Origin: Bacillota bacterium
GTDB lineage: Bacteria > Bacillota > Sulfobacillia > Thermaerobacterales > RSA17
NCBI GenBank assembly: GCA_017577485.2
Contig: PKRI02000004.1
Span: 7,862 to 71,861 of the forward strand
DNA length: 64,000 nucleotides
Direction: 5' to 3'
Position 1 is the stretch's first letter. Each line of letters opens with the position of its first letter. A program made the position numbers and the translations under genes. The notes beneath the pieces are model-generated. The model saw only the letters and a program-made list of their open reading frames with translations. It was not told where the DNA came from and did not search any database. This document shows, piece by piece, positions 48,851 to 59,749 of this stretch.

Positions 48851-49180
48851 ATGACCAGGCCCAGGGCGCATGTCAGGAGCGGGGACACGGTGGTGGTGCT
48901 GGCGGGCAAGGACCGCGGCAAGAAGGGGAAGGTGCTGCGGGTGCTGCCCGAAAAGCAGCGCGTCATCGTCGAGGGCGTCAACGTGGTCAAGCGCCACCAG
49001 CGCCCCACCCGCCAGGTGATGCAGGGCGGCATCATCGAGAAAGAGGCCCCGGTGCACCTGTCCAACGTGATGCTGGTCTGCCCTCGCTGCAACACGCCCA
49101 CGCGGACGGCCAGGCGCATCCTGGAGTCGGGCCGCAAGGTCCGGGCCTGCAAGCGGTGCGGCGAGGTCATCGATAAGTAA
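48851..49180 (+). CDS. rplX: 50S ribosomal protein L24
   Basis: [23 protein letters not shown]. Confidence 0.97.
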   Translation: MTRPRAHVRSGDTVVVLAGKDRGKKGKVLRVLPEKQRVIVEGVNVVKRHQRPTRQVMQGGIIEKEAPVHLSNVMLVCPRCNTPTRTARRILESGRKVRACKRCGEVIDK

Positions 49181-49221
49181 CGCGACTTTTGTGGCGTTGT
49201 TCGGTTGGAGGTAGACGGCTG

Positions 49222-49767
49222 ATGGCGGCTCGTCTCAAGGAGCGGTACCAAAAGGAGATCGTGCCCGCGCTGATGCAGCGCTTCGGGTACCGCAACCCCA
49301 TGCAGGTGCCGCGCGTCGAGAAGATCGTCGTCAACATGGGCGTCGGCGACGCGATCCAGAACCCGAAGCTGCTGGAATCGGCCGTCGAGGAACTGGCCGC
49401 CATCACCGGGCAGCGGCCGGCCATCACCCGTGCGCGCAAGTCCATCAGTTCCTTCAAGCTCCGCGAGGGCATGGCCATCGGCTGCAAGGTCACGCTGCGC
49501 GGCGAGCGGATGTACCACTTCCTCGACCGGCTCATCCATATCGCGCTGCCGCGCGTGCGCGACTTCCGCGGCGTCAACCCCAACGGCTTCGACGGGCGCG
49601 GCAACTACACGCTGGGCCTGAAGGAGCAGCTGGTGTTTCCGGAGATCGACTACGACCGCATCCAGAAGGTGCGGGGCATGGACATCACCATCGTCACCAC
49701 CGCCAGGACCGACGAGGAAGCGCGCGAGTTGCTGAAGCAGCTCGGCATGCCCTTCCGGGAGGGATGA
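49222..49767 (+). CDS. rplE: 50S ribosomal protein L5
   Basis: [20 protein letters not shown]. Confidence 0.98.
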   Translation: MAARLKERYQKEIVPALMQRFGYRNPMQVPRVEKIVVNMGVGDAIQNPKLLESAVEELAAITGQRPAITRARKSISSFKLREGMAIGCKVTLRGERMYHFLDRLIHIALPRVRDFRGVNPNGFDGRGNYTLGLKEQLVFPEIDYDRIQKVRGMDITIVTTARTDEEARELLKQLGMPFREG

Positions 49768-49769
49768 GC

Positions 49770-49955
49770 GTGGCCAGGAAGGCCTTGATCGAGAAGGCCA
49801 AGCGGGAGCCGAAGTTCGCGGTGCGGCGCCGCAACCGGTGCAAGCTGTGCGGCCGGCCCCGCGGTTTCATCCGCCAGTTTGAGCTGTGCCGGCACTGCTT
49901 CCGCCGGCTGGCCCACGAAGGCAAGCTGCCCGGGGTCAAGAAGGCCAGCTGGTGA
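49770..49955 (+). CDS. rpsN: 30S ribosomal protein S14 (type Z, Zn-binding)
   Basis: RCKLCGR...[15 protein letters not shown]. Confidence 0.97.
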   Translation: MARKALIEKAKREPKFAVRRRNRCKLCGRPRGFIRQFELCRHCFRRLAHEGKLPGVKKASW

Positions 49956-49986
49956 CAGCGGGCCTGGAAAGGAGGTTGAGGACCAG

Positions 49987-50385
49987 GTGTCGATGACGGA
50001 TCCCATTGCCGATCTGCTGACGCGGATCCGCAACGCGTCCATGGCGTACCACGACACCGTGGACATCCCCGCGTCCCGGCTGAAGCGGGATATCGTGCAG
50101 ATTCTCAAGGACGAGGGTTTCATCCAGGATTACCAGTTGATCAAGCAGGATCCCCAGGGCATCCTGCGGGTCTACCTGAAGTACGGGCCCAACAAGGAGC
50201 GCGTCATCACCGGGCTCAAGCGGATCAGCAAGCCAGGTTTGCGGATTTATGCCAAGGCCAACGAGATCCCGCGCGTGCTGGGGGGCCTGGGCGTGGCCAT
50301 CCTGTCCACGTCGCGCGGGGTCATGACCGACCGGCAGGCCCGCCGCGAGGGCGTCGGCGGCGAGGTTATCTGCTACGTCTGGTGA
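49987..50385 (+). CDS. rpsH: 30S ribosomal protein S8
   Basis: [30 protein letters not shown]. Confidence 0.98.
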   Translation: MSMTDPIADLLTRIRNASMAYHDTVDIPASRLKRDIVQILKDEGFIQDYQLIKQDPQGILRVYLKYGPNKERVITGLKRISKPGLRIYAKANEIPRVLGGLGVAILSTSRGVMTDRQARREGVGGEVICYVW

Positions 50386-50415
50386 CCCGACACTGCCGTT
50401 TTGAGGTGATCAACC

Positions 50416-50964
50416 GTGTCCCGAGTGGGCAGGCTGCCGATTCCCATCCCTGACGGGGTTCAGGTGGACGTCGACGGCAGCACCGTGACAGTCAAGGGTC
50501 CCAAGGGCCAGCTTGTGCGCGACGTCCACCCGGACCTGCGCGTCCGGGTCGAGGACGGCACGCTGCGGGTGGAGCGCCCCAGCGACGAGCGGCACCACCG
50601 CGCCCTGCACGGCCTGACCCGGACGCTGCTGGCCAACATGGTCCAGGGCGTCACCCAGGGGTACGAAAAGACCCTGATCCTTCAGGGTGTCGGCTACCGC
50701 GCCGCCAAGCAGGGCAGCAAGCTGGTGCTGAGCCTGGGGTACTCGCACCCGGTGGAGTTCGAGCCGCCGGCGGGGATCGAGATCGACGTGCCCCAGCCCA
50801 ACACCGTGGTGGTGCGCGGCATCGACAAGGAACTGGTGGGCAACGTGGCCGCCACCATCCGGTCCAAGCGGCCGCTGTCCCGGTACCGCTACGCCGACGG
50901 CCCTAGGGGCATCCACTACGCCGACGAGCGGATCTCGCTGAAGCCGGTCAAGTCCGGCAAGTAG
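50416..50964 (+). CDS. rplF: 50S ribosomal protein L6
   Basis: SRVGR.PI, GVGYRA, LGYSHP; atypical C-terminus. Confidence 0.97.
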   Translation: MSRVGRLPIPIPDGVQVDVDGSTVTVKGPKGQLVRDVHPDLRVRVEDGTLRVERPSDERHHRALHGLTRTLLANMVQGVTQGYEKTLILQGVGYRAAKQGSKLVLSLGYSHPVEFEPPAGIEIDVPQPNTVVVRGIDKELVGNVAATIRSKRPLSRYRYADGPRGIHYADERISLKPVKSGK

Positions 50965-50977
50965 GGGGTGTGAGATC

Positions 50978-51349
50978 GTGGCGACGCGCCCGAAGACCCG
51001 GCACGAAGCCCGCCAGCGGCGCCACCGCCGGGTCCGCAAAAAGGTGATCGGCACCGCGGAGCGCCCGCGCCTGGCGGTGTTCCGCAGCCTGAAGCACATC
51101 TACGCCCAGATCATCCGCGACGACACCGGCGAGACCCTGGTCGCCGCGTCGACCCTCGATCCGCAGCTCCGCGGCCGGCTGGCCAAGACCGGCAACGTGG
51201 ACGCGGCGCGGGAAGTGGGCCGGCTCATCGGCCAGCGGGCCCTGGAGGCCGGCATCAGCAAGATCGTCTTCGACCGGGGCGGCTACCTGTACCACGGCCG
51301 GGTCAAGGCTCTGGCCGACGGCGCCCGCGAGGCGGGCCTTGAATTTTGA
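50978..51349 (+). CDS. rplR: 50S ribosomal protein L18
   Basis: [21 protein letters not shown]. Confidence 0.98.
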   Translation: MATRPKTRHEARQRRHRRVRKKVIGTAERPRLAVFRSLKHIYAQIIRDDTGETLVAASTLDPQLRGRLAKTGNVDAAREVGRLIGQRALEAGISKIVFDRGGYLYHGRVKALADGAREAGLEF

Positions 51350-51385
51350 TCGGGTGAAGCCGGCGGGAAAGGAGGGTGATGGGCG

Positions 51386-51895
51386 ATGGCTCGTCGTGAG
51401 CGCCGCCAGCAAGAGGAACGCGAGTTTGACGAGAAGGTCGTGACCATCAACCGCGTGGCCAAGGTGGTCAAGGGCGGTCGGAGGTTCAATTTTACCGCCC
51501 TGGTGGTGGTGGGCGACCGCAAGAACCGGGTGGGCGCGGCTCAGGGCAAGGCGCCCGAGATCCCCGACGCCATCCGCAAGGCCATTTACCAGGCCAAGAA
51601 GAGCCTGGTGGACGTGCCCGTGGTGGGCACCACCATTCCCCACGAGGTGATCGGTTCCTTCGGCGCGGCCCGCGTGCTGCTGAAGCCGGCGGCCCCCGGG
51701 ACCGGCGTCATCGCCGGCGGCCCCGTGCGCGCCGTGCTGGAACTGGCGGGCATCCAGGACGTGCTCAGCAAGTCCCTGGGCTCGTCCAACGCCCTGAACA
51801 TCGTCTTCGCCACGCTGGACGCGCTGCGGAACCTGCGCAGGGCGGAAGACGTGGCCCGGCTGCGGGGCAAGACGGTGGAGGAGTTGTTCGCGTAG
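51386..51895 (+). CDS. rpsE: 30S ribosomal protein S5
   Basis: [19 protein letters not shown]. Confidence 0.98.
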   Translation: MARRERRQQEEREFDEKVVTINRVAKVVKGGRRFNFTALVVVGDRKNRVGAAQGKAPEIPDAIRKAIYQAKKSLVDVPVVGTTIPHEVIGSFGAARVLLKPAAPGTGVIAGGPVRAVLELAGIQDVLSKSLGSSNALNIVFATLDALRNLRRAEDVARLRGKTVEELFA

Positions 51896-51908
51896 GAGGA
51901 TTGGACCA

Positions 51909-52355
51909 ATGGCGGGATTGCATGACCTGAAGCCCAGCCCGGGCAGCCGGCGCCGGCCCCGCAGGGTAGGCCGCGGCATCGGTTCCGGCCACGGCAAGAC
52001 CGCCGGGCGCGGCCACAAAGGCCAGAAGGCCCGGTCCGGCGGCACCGTCCGGCCGGGGTTCGAGGGCGGCCAGACGCCGCTGCAGCGGCGTCTGCCCAAG
52101 CGCGGCTTCACCAACGCGCCCTTCAAGCGGGTGCTGGCCGAGGTCAACGTCGAGGCCCTCAACCGCTTCGACGACGACACCGAAGTGACGCCCGACCTGC
52201 TGCGGGAGCACGGGCTGGTCAAGGGCCGCTGGGACGGCGTCAAGGTACTGGGTCGCGGCGAGCTGAGCCGGCGCCTGGTGGTGCGCGCCGACGCCTTCAG
52301 CCGCTCGGCGGTGGAGAAGATTCAGGCGGCCGGCGGCAGGGCCGAGGTGATCTGA
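51909..52355 (+). CDS. rplO: 50S ribosomal protein L15
   Basis: [26 protein letters not shown]. Confidence 0.98.
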   Translation: MAGLHDLKPSPGSRRRPRRVGRGIGSGHGKTAGRGHKGQKARSGGTVRPGFEGGQTPLQRRLPKRGFTNAPFKRVLAEVNVEALNRFDDDTEVTPDLLREHGLVKGRWDGVKVLGRGELSRRLVVRADAFSRSAVEKIQAAGGRAEVI

Positions 52356-52356
52356 G

Positions 52357-53622
52357 GTGCTGGCCACCCTCACCCGCGCCCTGAAGGTTGGGGACCTGCG
52401 GCGCCGCATCCTCTTCACCCTGGGGATGTTCGTCATCTTCCGCATCGGGGTGCACATCCCGGCCCCGGGCGTGGACGCTGCGGTGATCCAGCGCCTCTTC
52501 CAGGAAGGGACCATCTTCGGGCTGCTGGACCTGTTCGCGGGCGGTGCTCTCAGCGCGTTTTCGATCTTCGCCATGAGCATCACGCCCTACATCAACGCGT
52601 CCATCATCATGCAGCTCTTGACCGTGGTCATCCCCAAGTTCGAGGAATGGTCGCGGGAGGGTGAAGAAGGCCGCAAGAAGCTGACCCAGCTGACCCGCTA
52701 CGGGACGGTGGTCCTGGGCCTGATCCAGGCCTACGGCACCGCGTATTTCCTGTCCCGCAGCGGGGCCCTGGAGACGCCGGGCTTCTTCTCCATGTCGCTG
52801 CTGGCCCTGACCCTGACGGCGGGCACCGCCTTCCTGATGTGGCTGGGCGAGCAGATCACCGAGCACGGCATCGGCAACGGCATCTCGCTGCTGATCTTTG
52901 CCGGCATCGTGTCGCGCCTGCCCGCCGGTTTGATGAACCTCATCGACCTGGTGCGGGTGGGCGCCGTGAACATCTTCAACATCCTGGTGCTGGTGGTGCT
53001 GGGTACAGCGGTAATCGTGGGTGTGGTCCTCATGAACGAGGGCCAGCGGCGCATCCCGGTCCAGTACTCCAAGCGCGTGGTGGGCCGGCGCATGTACGGC
53101 GGGCAGACCACCCACATCCCCATGCGCATCAACATGGCCGGCGTGATCCCGGTGATCTTCGCCTCGTCGATCCTGGCGCTGCCGCCCACCCTCGCCCAGT
53201 TCATCCCGGCGGACTGGGCCCAGCGCTTCGCCGCCTGGTTCAACACCGGCTCGTGGCTGTACACGACCATCTACGCGCTGCTGATCATCTTCTTCACCTA
53301 TTTCTATACGGCGATCCAGTTCAACCCGGCCGACGTGGCGGACAACCTGCGCAAGTACGGCGGCTACATCCCGGGCATTCGCCCGGGCCGTCCCACCGCC
53401 GAGTACCTGGACCGGGTGCTGGTGCGGCTGACGCTGGCGGGCGCGCTGTTCCTGGCCTTCATCTCGGTGCTGCCGGTGTTCTTCACCGAGTTGACCAACA
53501 TCCCCAACCTGTACTTCGGCGGCACCGCGCTGCTGATCGTGGTGGGCGTGGCGTTGGAAACCATGAAGCAGATCGAGGCGCACCTGATCATGCGCCAGTA
53601 CGAGGGGTTCATTCGCAAGTGA
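52357..53622 (+). CDS. secY: Preprotein translocase SecY
   Basis: ITPYINASII, GIGNGISL, IPGIRPG, GGT.LLI.V. Confidence 0.98.
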   Translation: MLATLTRALKVGDLRRRILFTLGMFVIFRIGVHIPAPGVDAAVIQRLFQEGTIFGLLDLFAGGALSAFSIFAMSITPYINASIIMQLLTVVIPKFEEWSREGEEGRKKLTQLTRYGTVVLGLIQAYGTAYFLSRSGALETPGFFSMSLLALTLTAGTAFLMWLGEQITEHGIGNGISLLIFAGIVSRLPAGLMNLIDLVRVGAVNIFNILVLVVLGTAVIVGVVLMNEGQRRIPVQYSKRVVGRRMYGGQTTHIPMRINMAGVIPVIFASSILALPPTLAQFIPADWAQRFAAWFNTGSWLYTTIYALLIIFFTYFYTAIQFNPADVADNLRKYGGYIPGIRPGRPTAEYLDRVLVRLTLAGALFLAFISVLPVFFTELTNIPNLYFGGTALLIVVGVALETMKQIEAHLIMRQYEGFIRK

Positions 53623-54284
53623 GCGGCCTCTGCCTGATCTTTCTCGGACCTCCCGGCGTCGGCAAGGGAACCCAGGCCGGGCTTCTGGCCCAGCGCAGGG
53701 GTATCCCCCACATCTCCACGGGGGACATGTTCCGCCGCGCCATCCGCGAGCGCACGCCCATGGGCGAGAAAGCGCGGCCGTATGTGGAAAGCGGCGGGTA
53801 CGTGCCCGACGACATCGTCAACGGCATCGTGGCCGAGCGCCTGGCCGAGCCCGACTGCGGCCCCGGCTTCATCCTGGACGGGTTCCCCCGCACCATCGGC
53901 CAGGCCCAGGCCCTGGACGAGATCCTGGCGGGCCAGGGCCGGCGCCTGGATGCCGCCGTCTACGTGGAGGTGCCCGATGCGGTGATCCTGCGGCGGCTGA
54001 CCGGCCGGCGCCAGTGCACCCAGTGCGGCGCCGTGTACCACGTCGAGTTCGACCCGCCGTCGCAGGAGGGCGTGTGCGACCGCTGCGGCAGCCCCCTGAT
54101 CCAGCGGGACGACGACAACGACGAGACCGTGCGGCGCCGCCTGGAGGTCTACCACCAGCAGACGGCGCCGTTGGTGGAGCACTACGCCGCCCGGGGCCTG
54201 CTGGTCCGCATCGACGGCGACGCCCCCGTGGACGAGGTGGCCCGGCGCATCGACGACGCCCTGGCGGCTGTGGGACGGTCGTGA
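53619..54284 (+). CDS. adk: Adenylate kinase (Zn-lid type)
   Basis: GPPGVGKGTQ, STGDMFR, LDGFPRT, CTQC...CDRC; GTGA overlap with the secY stop. Confidence 0.96.
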   Translation: MSGLCLIFLGPPGVGKGTQAGLLAQRRGIPHISTGDMFRRAIRERTPMGEKARPYVESGGYVPDDIVNGIVAERLAEPDCGPGFILDGFPRTIGQAQALDEILAGQGRRLDAAVYVEVPDAVILRRLTGRRQCTQCGAVYHVEFDPPSQEGVCDRCGSPLIQRDDDNDETVRRRLEVYHQQTAPLVEHYAARGLLVRIDGDAPVDEVARRIDDALAAVGRS

Positions 54285-55039
54285 GCGGCGCCGCCGCGGT
54301 GCTGACGCCCGCCGAGGCGGCGGCCATGCGGCGGGCGGGCCGCCTGGCGGCGGCGGTGCTGGAGCGCCTGGCCGCCCACGCCAGGCCCGGGGTCAGCACG
54401 GCCAGGCTGGACGCCCTGGCCGAGGAATGGATCCTGGCCGGCGGCGGCCGGCCGGCGTTCAAGGGCTACCGGGGTTACCCGGCCAGCATCTGCACCTCGA
54501 TCAACGATGAGGTGGTCCACGGCATCCCCGGGCCGCGGGTGCTGGCCGATGGTGATATCATCAGCATTGACGTCGGCGTCGTGGTGGACGGCCTGTACGC
54601 CGACGCCGCCGTTTCCGTGGCGGTGGGCGAGGTTTCGCCCGCGGCGCGCCGCTTGCTGGCGGCGGGCGAGGCGGCGCTGGCGGCCGGCGTTCGGGCGGCC
54701 CGGGCCGGCGCCCGGGCAGGCGACATCGGCCACGCCGTCGAGGAAGCCGCCCGGGCCGCCGGTTTCGCGGTGGTCCGGGACTACATGGGGCACGGCATCG
54801 GGCGGCGCATGCACCAGGCGCCCCACGTGCCCAATTACGGCCCGCCGGGCGTCGGGTCGCCGCTGGTGCCGGGCATGGCCCTGGCCATCGAGCCCATGCT
54901 GGTGGAGGGCTCGCCCGAGACGGCGGTGGCGTCCGACGGCTGGACGGTGGTGACCGTCGACGGCTCCCGGGCGGTGCACTTCGAGCACACGGTGCTGGTC
55001 ACCGACGGCGAGGCCGAAATCTTGACACGACCAGCGTAG
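54281..55039 (+). CDS. map: Type I methionine aminopeptidase
   Basis: CTSINDEVVHGIP, D/D/H/E/E ligands (IDVG, ADAA, GHGIG, IEP, HFEH). Confidence 0.93.
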   Translation: MSGAAAVLTPAEAAAMRRAGRLAAAVLERLAAHARPGVSTARLDALAEEWILAGGGRPAFKGYRGYPASICTSINDEVVHGIPGPRVLADGDIISIDVGVVVDGLYADAAVSVAVGEVSPAARRLLAAGEAALAAGVRAARAGARAGDIGHAVEEAARAAGFAVVRDYMGHGIGRRMHQAPHVPNYGPPGVGSPLVPGMALAIEPMLVEGSPETAVASDGWTVVTVDGSRAVHFEHTVLVTDGEAEILTRPA

Positions 55040-55049
55040 CGCGTGGAGG

Positions 55050-55373
55050 ATGGTGGTCGTGAGCGCGCTGGTACCGCGGCCCGGCCAACTGGTCACGTCC
55101 CGGGCGGGCCGCGACAAGGGCAAGCCGTTCCTGGTGCTGAGGCTGATCGACGGGCGCTATGCCGAGATCGCCGACGGCGACGCCCGCAGCGTGACGAACC
55201 CCAAGCGCAAGAATGTCCGGCACCTCCAGCCCCACACGGTGGTGCATCAGGGACTGGCGGAGATGCTGGCGCAAGGCCGGCTCCCCAGCGACGAGGAACT
55301 CAGGGCCATGCTGGCGGAGGCGCTGGGGACGGCGGCCCGGTCCGGCGGGGCGTCGGAGGCCGGGGGTAGTTGA
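55050..55373 (+). CDS. KOW-domain RNA-binding protein (L14e-like)
   Basis: GQLV.SRAGRDKG, ADGD.R...PKRKN..HL; standard position before infA. Confidence 0.88.
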   Translation: MVVVSALVPRPGQLVTSRAGRDKGKPFLVLRLIDGRYAEIADGDARSVTNPKRKNVRHLQPHTVVHQGLAEMLAQGRLPSDEELRAMLAEALGTAARSGGASEAGGS

Positions 55374-55391
55374 GGGAGGTAGGTCCCCGAG

Positions 55392-55613
55392 GTGCAGAAG
55401 AAGGACGTGATCGAGGTCCAGGGTACGGTGGCTGAGCCGCTGCCCAACGGCATGTTCCGGGTGGAACTGGACAACGGCCACACCATCCTGGCCCACGTCT
55501 CGGGCAAGATCCGCATGCACTTCATTCGGGTCACGCCCGGCGACCGCGTCACGGTGGAACTGTCGCCCTACGACCTGACGCGGGGCCGCATCACCTACCG
55601 TCACCGGGCGTAG
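55392..55613 (+). CDS. infA: Translation initiation factor IF-1
   Basis: [25 protein letters not shown]. Confidence 0.98.
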   Translation: MQKKDVIEVQGTVAEPLPNGMFRVELDNGHTILAHVSGKIRMHFIRVTPGDRVTVELSPYDLTRGRITYRHRA

Positions 55614-55660
55614 CACCGGGGACCTGGTGTGAAGGTTTCGAGAGGCGAGGAGGCGCAGCG

Positions 55661-55774
55661 ATGAAGGTGCGTCCTTCGGTCAAGCGCATGTGCGACAAGT
55701 GCAAAGTTATCCGCCGCAAGGGCCGGGTCCGCGTCATCTGCGTGAACCCGAAGCACAAGCAGCGGCAGGGTTAG
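55661..55774 (+). CDS. rpmJ: 50S ribosomal protein L36
   Basis: Manual translation [37 protein letters not shown]. Confidence 0.98.
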   Translation: MKVRPSVKRMCDKCKVIRRKGRVRVICVNPKHKQRQG

Positions 55775-55788
55775 TGAGGTGAAACCGG

Positions 55789-56163
55789 GTGGCTAGAATC
55801 GCCGGTGTCGACCTGCCCCGCGAGAAGCGGATCGAGGCGGCGCTTCCCTATATTTACGGCATCGGTTGGTCCCGGTCCCGGCAGATCCTGCAGGCCACGG
55901 GCGTCAACCCCGACACCCGCGTGCGGGATCTGACCGAGGACGAGGTCAACCGCCTGCGCGAGTACATCGACCGGCATTTCAAGGTCGAGGGCGACCTGCG
56001 CCAGGAAGTGCAGCTCAACATCAAGCGCCTGATCGAGATCGGCAGTTACCGGGGCCTGCGCCACCGCCGCGGCCTGCCGGTGCGGGGCCAGCGCACCAAG
56101 ACCAACGCCCGCACCCGCAAGGGTCCCCGGCGGACCGTCGGCGTGCGCCGCAAGAAGAAGTAA
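55789..56163 (+). CDS. rpsM: 30S ribosomal protein S13
   Basis: [27 protein letters not shown]. Confidence 0.98.
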   Translation: MARIAGVDLPREKRIEAALPYIYGIGWSRSRQILQATGVNPDTRVRDLTEDEVNRLREYIDRHFKVEGDLRQEVQLNIKRLIEIGSYRGLRHRRGLPVRGQRTKTNARTRKGPRRTVGVRRKKK

Positions 56164-56248
56164 AGCGATTCAACAAGGTCGTTTCTGGTAAGATTTCCTG
56201 ACGGGTGGTCCCGGGCCGGGCCGCCCGGGCCGGAGGAGGGATTCGCAC

Positions 56249-56653
56249 GTGTCCAGCCAGCAGCGCCGCCGACGCGGGCAGCGCCAGCGCAAGCGCGAGC
56301 GCCTGCAGGTGGTTAAGGGCGTGGCCCATATTCGTTCCACCTACAACAACACCATCGTGACCATCACCGATCCCGACGGCAACACCATCGCCTGGGGGTC
56401 GGCCGGCAGCCAGGGCTTCAAGGGTTCCAAGAAGGGTACGCCCTTCGCCGCCCAGATGGCCGCTGAGGCGGCCGCCCGCGAGGCAATGGACCTGGGCCTC
56501 AAGGAAGTGGAGGTCTGGGTGAAGGGTCCTGGATCGGGCCGGGAGGCCGCCATTCGCTCCCTGCAGGGGGCCGGCCTCGAGGTAACCTTGATCAAGGATG
56601 TGACGCCGATCCCGCACAACGGCTGCCGTCCGCCCAAGCGGCGCCGGGTCTGA
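56249..56653 (+). CDS. rpsK: 30S ribosomal protein S11
   Basis: [28 protein letters not shown]. Confidence 0.98.
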   Translation: MSSQQRRRRGQRQRKRERLQVVKGVAHIRSTYNNTIVTITDPDGNTIAWGSAGSQGFKGSKKGTPFAAQMAAEAAAREAMDLGLKEVEVWVKGPGSGREAAIRSLQGAGLEVTLIKDVTPIPHNGCRPPKRRRV

Positions 56654-56674
56654 ACCTGAGGAGGGGAACGGCCT

Positions 56675-57622
56675 GTGATCGAGATCGAAAGGCCGAGGAT
56701 CGAAGCCATCGAGCAGTCCGACGACGAGACGTACGGCTGCTTCGTCGTCGAGCCGCTGGAGCGCGGGTACGGCACCACGCTGGGCAACTCGCTGCGCCGG
56801 ATCCTGCTGTCGTCGCTGCCCGGCGCCGCGGTGACGTCGGTGAAGATCGAAGGCGTCCTCCACGAGTTTTCGACGATTCCGGGCGTGCTGGAGGACACCA
56901 CCGAGATCATTCTCAATCTCAAGGGACTGGCCCTGAAGGTCCACGCCGACGAGCCCCAGACCCTGCGCATCGAGATGGTCGGTCCCGGTGAGGTGCGGGC
57001 CGGCGACATCCAGACCAACGATCAGGTGGAGATCGTCAACCCCGATCTTTACATCTGCACCCTGGAAGACGACGCGCGGCTGGAGATGGAGCTCACCGTG
57101 CGGCGGGGCCGCGGCTATGTGCCCGCCGACCGCAACAAGCAGCCCAACCAGCCCATCGGCGTCATTCCGGTGGACTCCATCTTCACCCCGGTGCGCAAGG
57201 TCAACTTCCGGGTGGAGGACACCCGGGTCGGCCAGGTCACCGACTACGACAAGCTGACGCTGGAGGTCTGGACCAACGGCACCATCACGCCCCGCGAGGC
57301 GGTGAGCCTGGCGGCCAAGATCCTGGCCGAGCACCTGGCCCTGTTCATCGGCCTGACCGAAGACGTCCGCAACGTGGAGATCATGGTCGAGAAGGAAGAC
57401 GACGAGCGCGACCGCCTGCTGGAGATGAGCATCGAGGAACTGGAGTTGTCGGTCCGCTCCTTCAACTGCCTGAAGCGCGCCGGGATCAACACCATCGGCG
57501 AGTTGATCGAGAAGACGCCGGAAGATATGCTGAAGGTCCGGAACCTGGGCAAGAAGTCGCTGGAGGAAGTCGAGGAGAAGCTGGCCCAGTTCGGGCTTTC
57601 GCTGAAGAAGTCCGACGAGTAG
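56675..57622 (+). CDS. rpoA: RNA polymerase alpha subunit
   Basis: [34 protein letters not shown]. Confidence 0.99.
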   Translation: MIEIERPRIEAIEQSDDETYGCFVVEPLERGYGTTLGNSLRRILLSSLPGAAVTSVKIEGVLHEFSTIPGVLEDTTEIILNLKGLALKVHADEPQTLRIEMVGPGEVRAGDIQTNDQVEIVNPDLYICTLEDDARLEMELTVRRGRGYVPADRNKQPNQPIGVIPVDSIFTPVRKVNFRVEDTRVGQVTDYDKLTLEVWTNGTITPREAVSLAAKILAEHLALFIGLTEDVRNVEIMVEKEDDERDRLLEMSIEELELSVRSFNCLKRAGINTIGELIEKTPEDMLKVRNLGKKSLEEVEEKLAQFGLSLKKSDE

Positions 57623-57680
57623 AAGTCCGGAGAGGGAAAGGCTTTTTGCGGCCGTCGTCCCGCGAACGGGGGTGAAGTGC

Positions 57681-58034
57681 ATGCCGCAGTCCAGGCTGTC
57701 GCGGCCCAGCCATCAGCGCCGGGCCCTGCTGCGCAATCTGGTGACCACGCTGCTGGACCATGAGCGGATCACCACCACGGTGCCCCGCGCCAAGAACGCG
57801 GCGCGCATCGCCGAGAAGATGATCACCCTGGCGAAGCGGGGCGACCTCCACGCCCGCCGCCAGGCGGCCGCTTACCTGCTGGACGAGGACGTGGTCAAGA
57901 AGCTGTTCGACGTGCTGGGTCCCCGCTTTGCCGACCGCAACGGCGGGTACACCCGGGTGCTGAAGATGGGGCAGCGCCGCGGCGACGGCGCGCCCATGGC
58001 CGTCGTCGAGCTTGTGACGACGTCCAACTCGTGA
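57681..58034 (+). CDS. rplQ: 50S ribosomal protein L17
   Basis: [22 protein letters not shown]. Confidence 0.97.
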   Translation: MPQSRLSRPSHQRRALLRNLVTTLLDHERITTTVPRAKNAARIAEKMITLAKRGDLHARRQAAAYLLDEDVVKKLFDVLGPRFADRNGGYTRVLKMGQRRGDGAPMAVVELVTTSNS

Positions 58035-58040
58035 CCTGAA

Positions 58041-58886
58041 ATGATCTGCCTGGAGAAGGTGTCGGTCACCTATCACCCCGGCTCGGAGGCCGAGGTCCGC
58101 GCCCTCACCGACGTGGACCTGACCATCGACCGGGGTGAATTCGTGGCGGTGGTCGGGGCCAACGGCTCGGGCAAGAGCACCCTGGCCCAGCTGCTCAACG
58201 CGCTGCTCTTGCCCACGGCCGGCCGCGTGTGGGTGGACGGCATGCTCACGTCGGACCCCCGCTGGCTGTGGGAGATCCGGCGCCGCGTGGGCATGGTGTT
58301 CCAGAACCCCGACAACCAGCTGGTGGCCACCACCGTTGAGGAAGACGTGGCCTTCGGCCCCGAGAACCTGGGCGTCCCACCGGACGAGATCGCCCGCCGC
58401 GTCCAGGAGGCGCTGGCGGCGGTGGGCATGGAAGCGTACCGGCACCGGGCGCCCCATCACCTGTCGGGCGGGCAGAAGCAGCGGGTGGCCATCGCCGGCG
58501 TGCTGGCCATGCGCCCCGACGTCATCGTCCTGGACGAGCCCACGGCCATGCTGGACCCCCGGGGCCGGAAGGACGTGCTGGAGACGGTCCGCCGGCTGCA
58601 CCGGGAAGCGGGCATCACGGTAGTCTACATCACCCATTTCATGGACGAGGCCGCCGCCGCCGACCGCGTGGTGGTGCTGGAGCGCGGGCGGGTGGCGCGG
58701 GACGCCGCGCCCCGGCAGGTGTTCGGCGACCGGGCCCTGCTGGAGCGGGCGGGACTGGAGGAGCCCCCGCTGGTGCGGCTGGCCGGCGCCCTGCGGCGAC
58801 GCGGCGTGCCGGTGCCCGAGGACTTCAGCGGCCCCGACCTGGAAGCGCTGGTGGATCTCCTGTGCCGGTTGCGCTCGAGCGCGTGA
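58041..58886 (+). CDS. ecfA1: ECF transporter ATPase A1
   Basis: GANGSGKST, FQNPDNQ, LSGGQKQR, DEPT. Confidence 0.92.
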   Translation: MICLEKVSVTYHPGSEAEVRALTDVDLTIDRGEFVAVVGANGSGKSTLAQLLNALLLPTAGRVWVDGMLTSDPRWLWEIRRRVGMVFQNPDNQLVATTVEEDVAFGPENLGVPPDEIARRVQEALAAVGMEAYRHRAPHHLSGGQKQRVAIAGVLAMRPDVIVLDEPTAMLDPRGRKDVLETVRRLHREAGITVVYITHFMDEAAAADRVVVLERGRVARDAAPRQVFGDRALLERAGLEEPPLVRLAGALRRRGVPVPEDFSGPDLEALVDLLCRLRSSA

Positions 58887-59749
58887 CCTACACCTACCAG
58901 GCCGGCGCCCCCTGGGCGGTGACGGCCCTGGAGGACGTCAGCCTGACCATCCAAGACGGCGAGGCCGTGGGGCTGATCGGCCCCACCGGCTCCGGCAAGT
59001 CGACGCTGGTCCAGCACCTGGCCGGCCTTCTCAAGCCCACCTCGGGCCGGGTGCTCATCGACGGCCGGGACCTCTGGGCCGCCGGCGCCGACCGCCGCGC
59101 CCTGCGGCAGCGCATCGGCCTGGTGTTCCAGTATCCGGAGCACCAGTTGTTCGAGGAAACGGTGCGGGCCGACATCGCCTACGGCCCCCGCAACCTGGGG
59201 CTTTCTTCCCAGGAGGTGGAGCGCCGGGTGCTGCGCGCCCTGCGCCGGGTGGGCCTGGACGACAGCATCCTGGACCGGTCGCCCTTCGAGTTGTCCGGCG
59301 GGCAGATGCGGCGGGTGGCCATCGCCGGCGTGCTGGCCATGGAGCCGCGGGTGCTGATCCTGGACGAGCCGACGGCGGGCCTGGACCCCCGGGGCCGCGA
59401 CGAGATCCTGGGCTTCGTCGCCGACCTGCACCGCCGTGAGGGGCTGACGGTGGTCATCGTTTCCCACCACATGGACGAGGTGGCCCGCCTGGCCCGGCGG
59501 GTGGTGGTCATGGACGGCGGGCGCATCGTGCTGGACGGCCCCACGGCGGCGGTATACGCCCGCGTGGAAGAACTGGAGCGGCTGCACCTGGAAGCGCCGC
59601 TGGCCGCCCGCCTGGCGGCGCGCCTGGCCCAGCGGGGCTGGCCCATCGCCCGCGACCTGCTGGACATCGAGGCCGTGGCCGACGCCGTGGCCCGCTGCCT
59701 CGGGTCCGGCGGCCGGGACGCCGCGGTGGGGGATGCGCCCGGTGTTTAG
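58862..59749 (+). CDS. ecfA2: ECF transporter ATPase A2
   Basis: GPTGSGKST, FQYPEHQLFEET, SPFELSGGQMRR. Confidence 0.92.
   Translation: MPVALERVTYTYQAGAPWAVTALEDVSLTIQDGEAVGLIGPTGSGKSTLVQHLAGLLKPTSGRVLIDGRDLWAAGADRRALRQRIGLVFQYPEHQLFEETVRADIAYGPRNLGLSSQEVERRVLRALRRVGLDDSILDRSPFELSGGQMRRVAIAGVLAMEPRVLILDEPTAGLDPRGRDEILGFVADLHRREGLTVVIVSHHMDEVARLARRVVVMDGGRIVLDGPTAAVYARVEELERLHLEAPLAARLAARLAQRGWPIARDLLDIEAVADAVARCLGSGGRDAAVGDAPGV

Noticed and set aside
55022-55051. TTGACA at the end of map as an internal promoter
   Set aside because: No acceptable -10 hexamer at 16-18 nt spacing.
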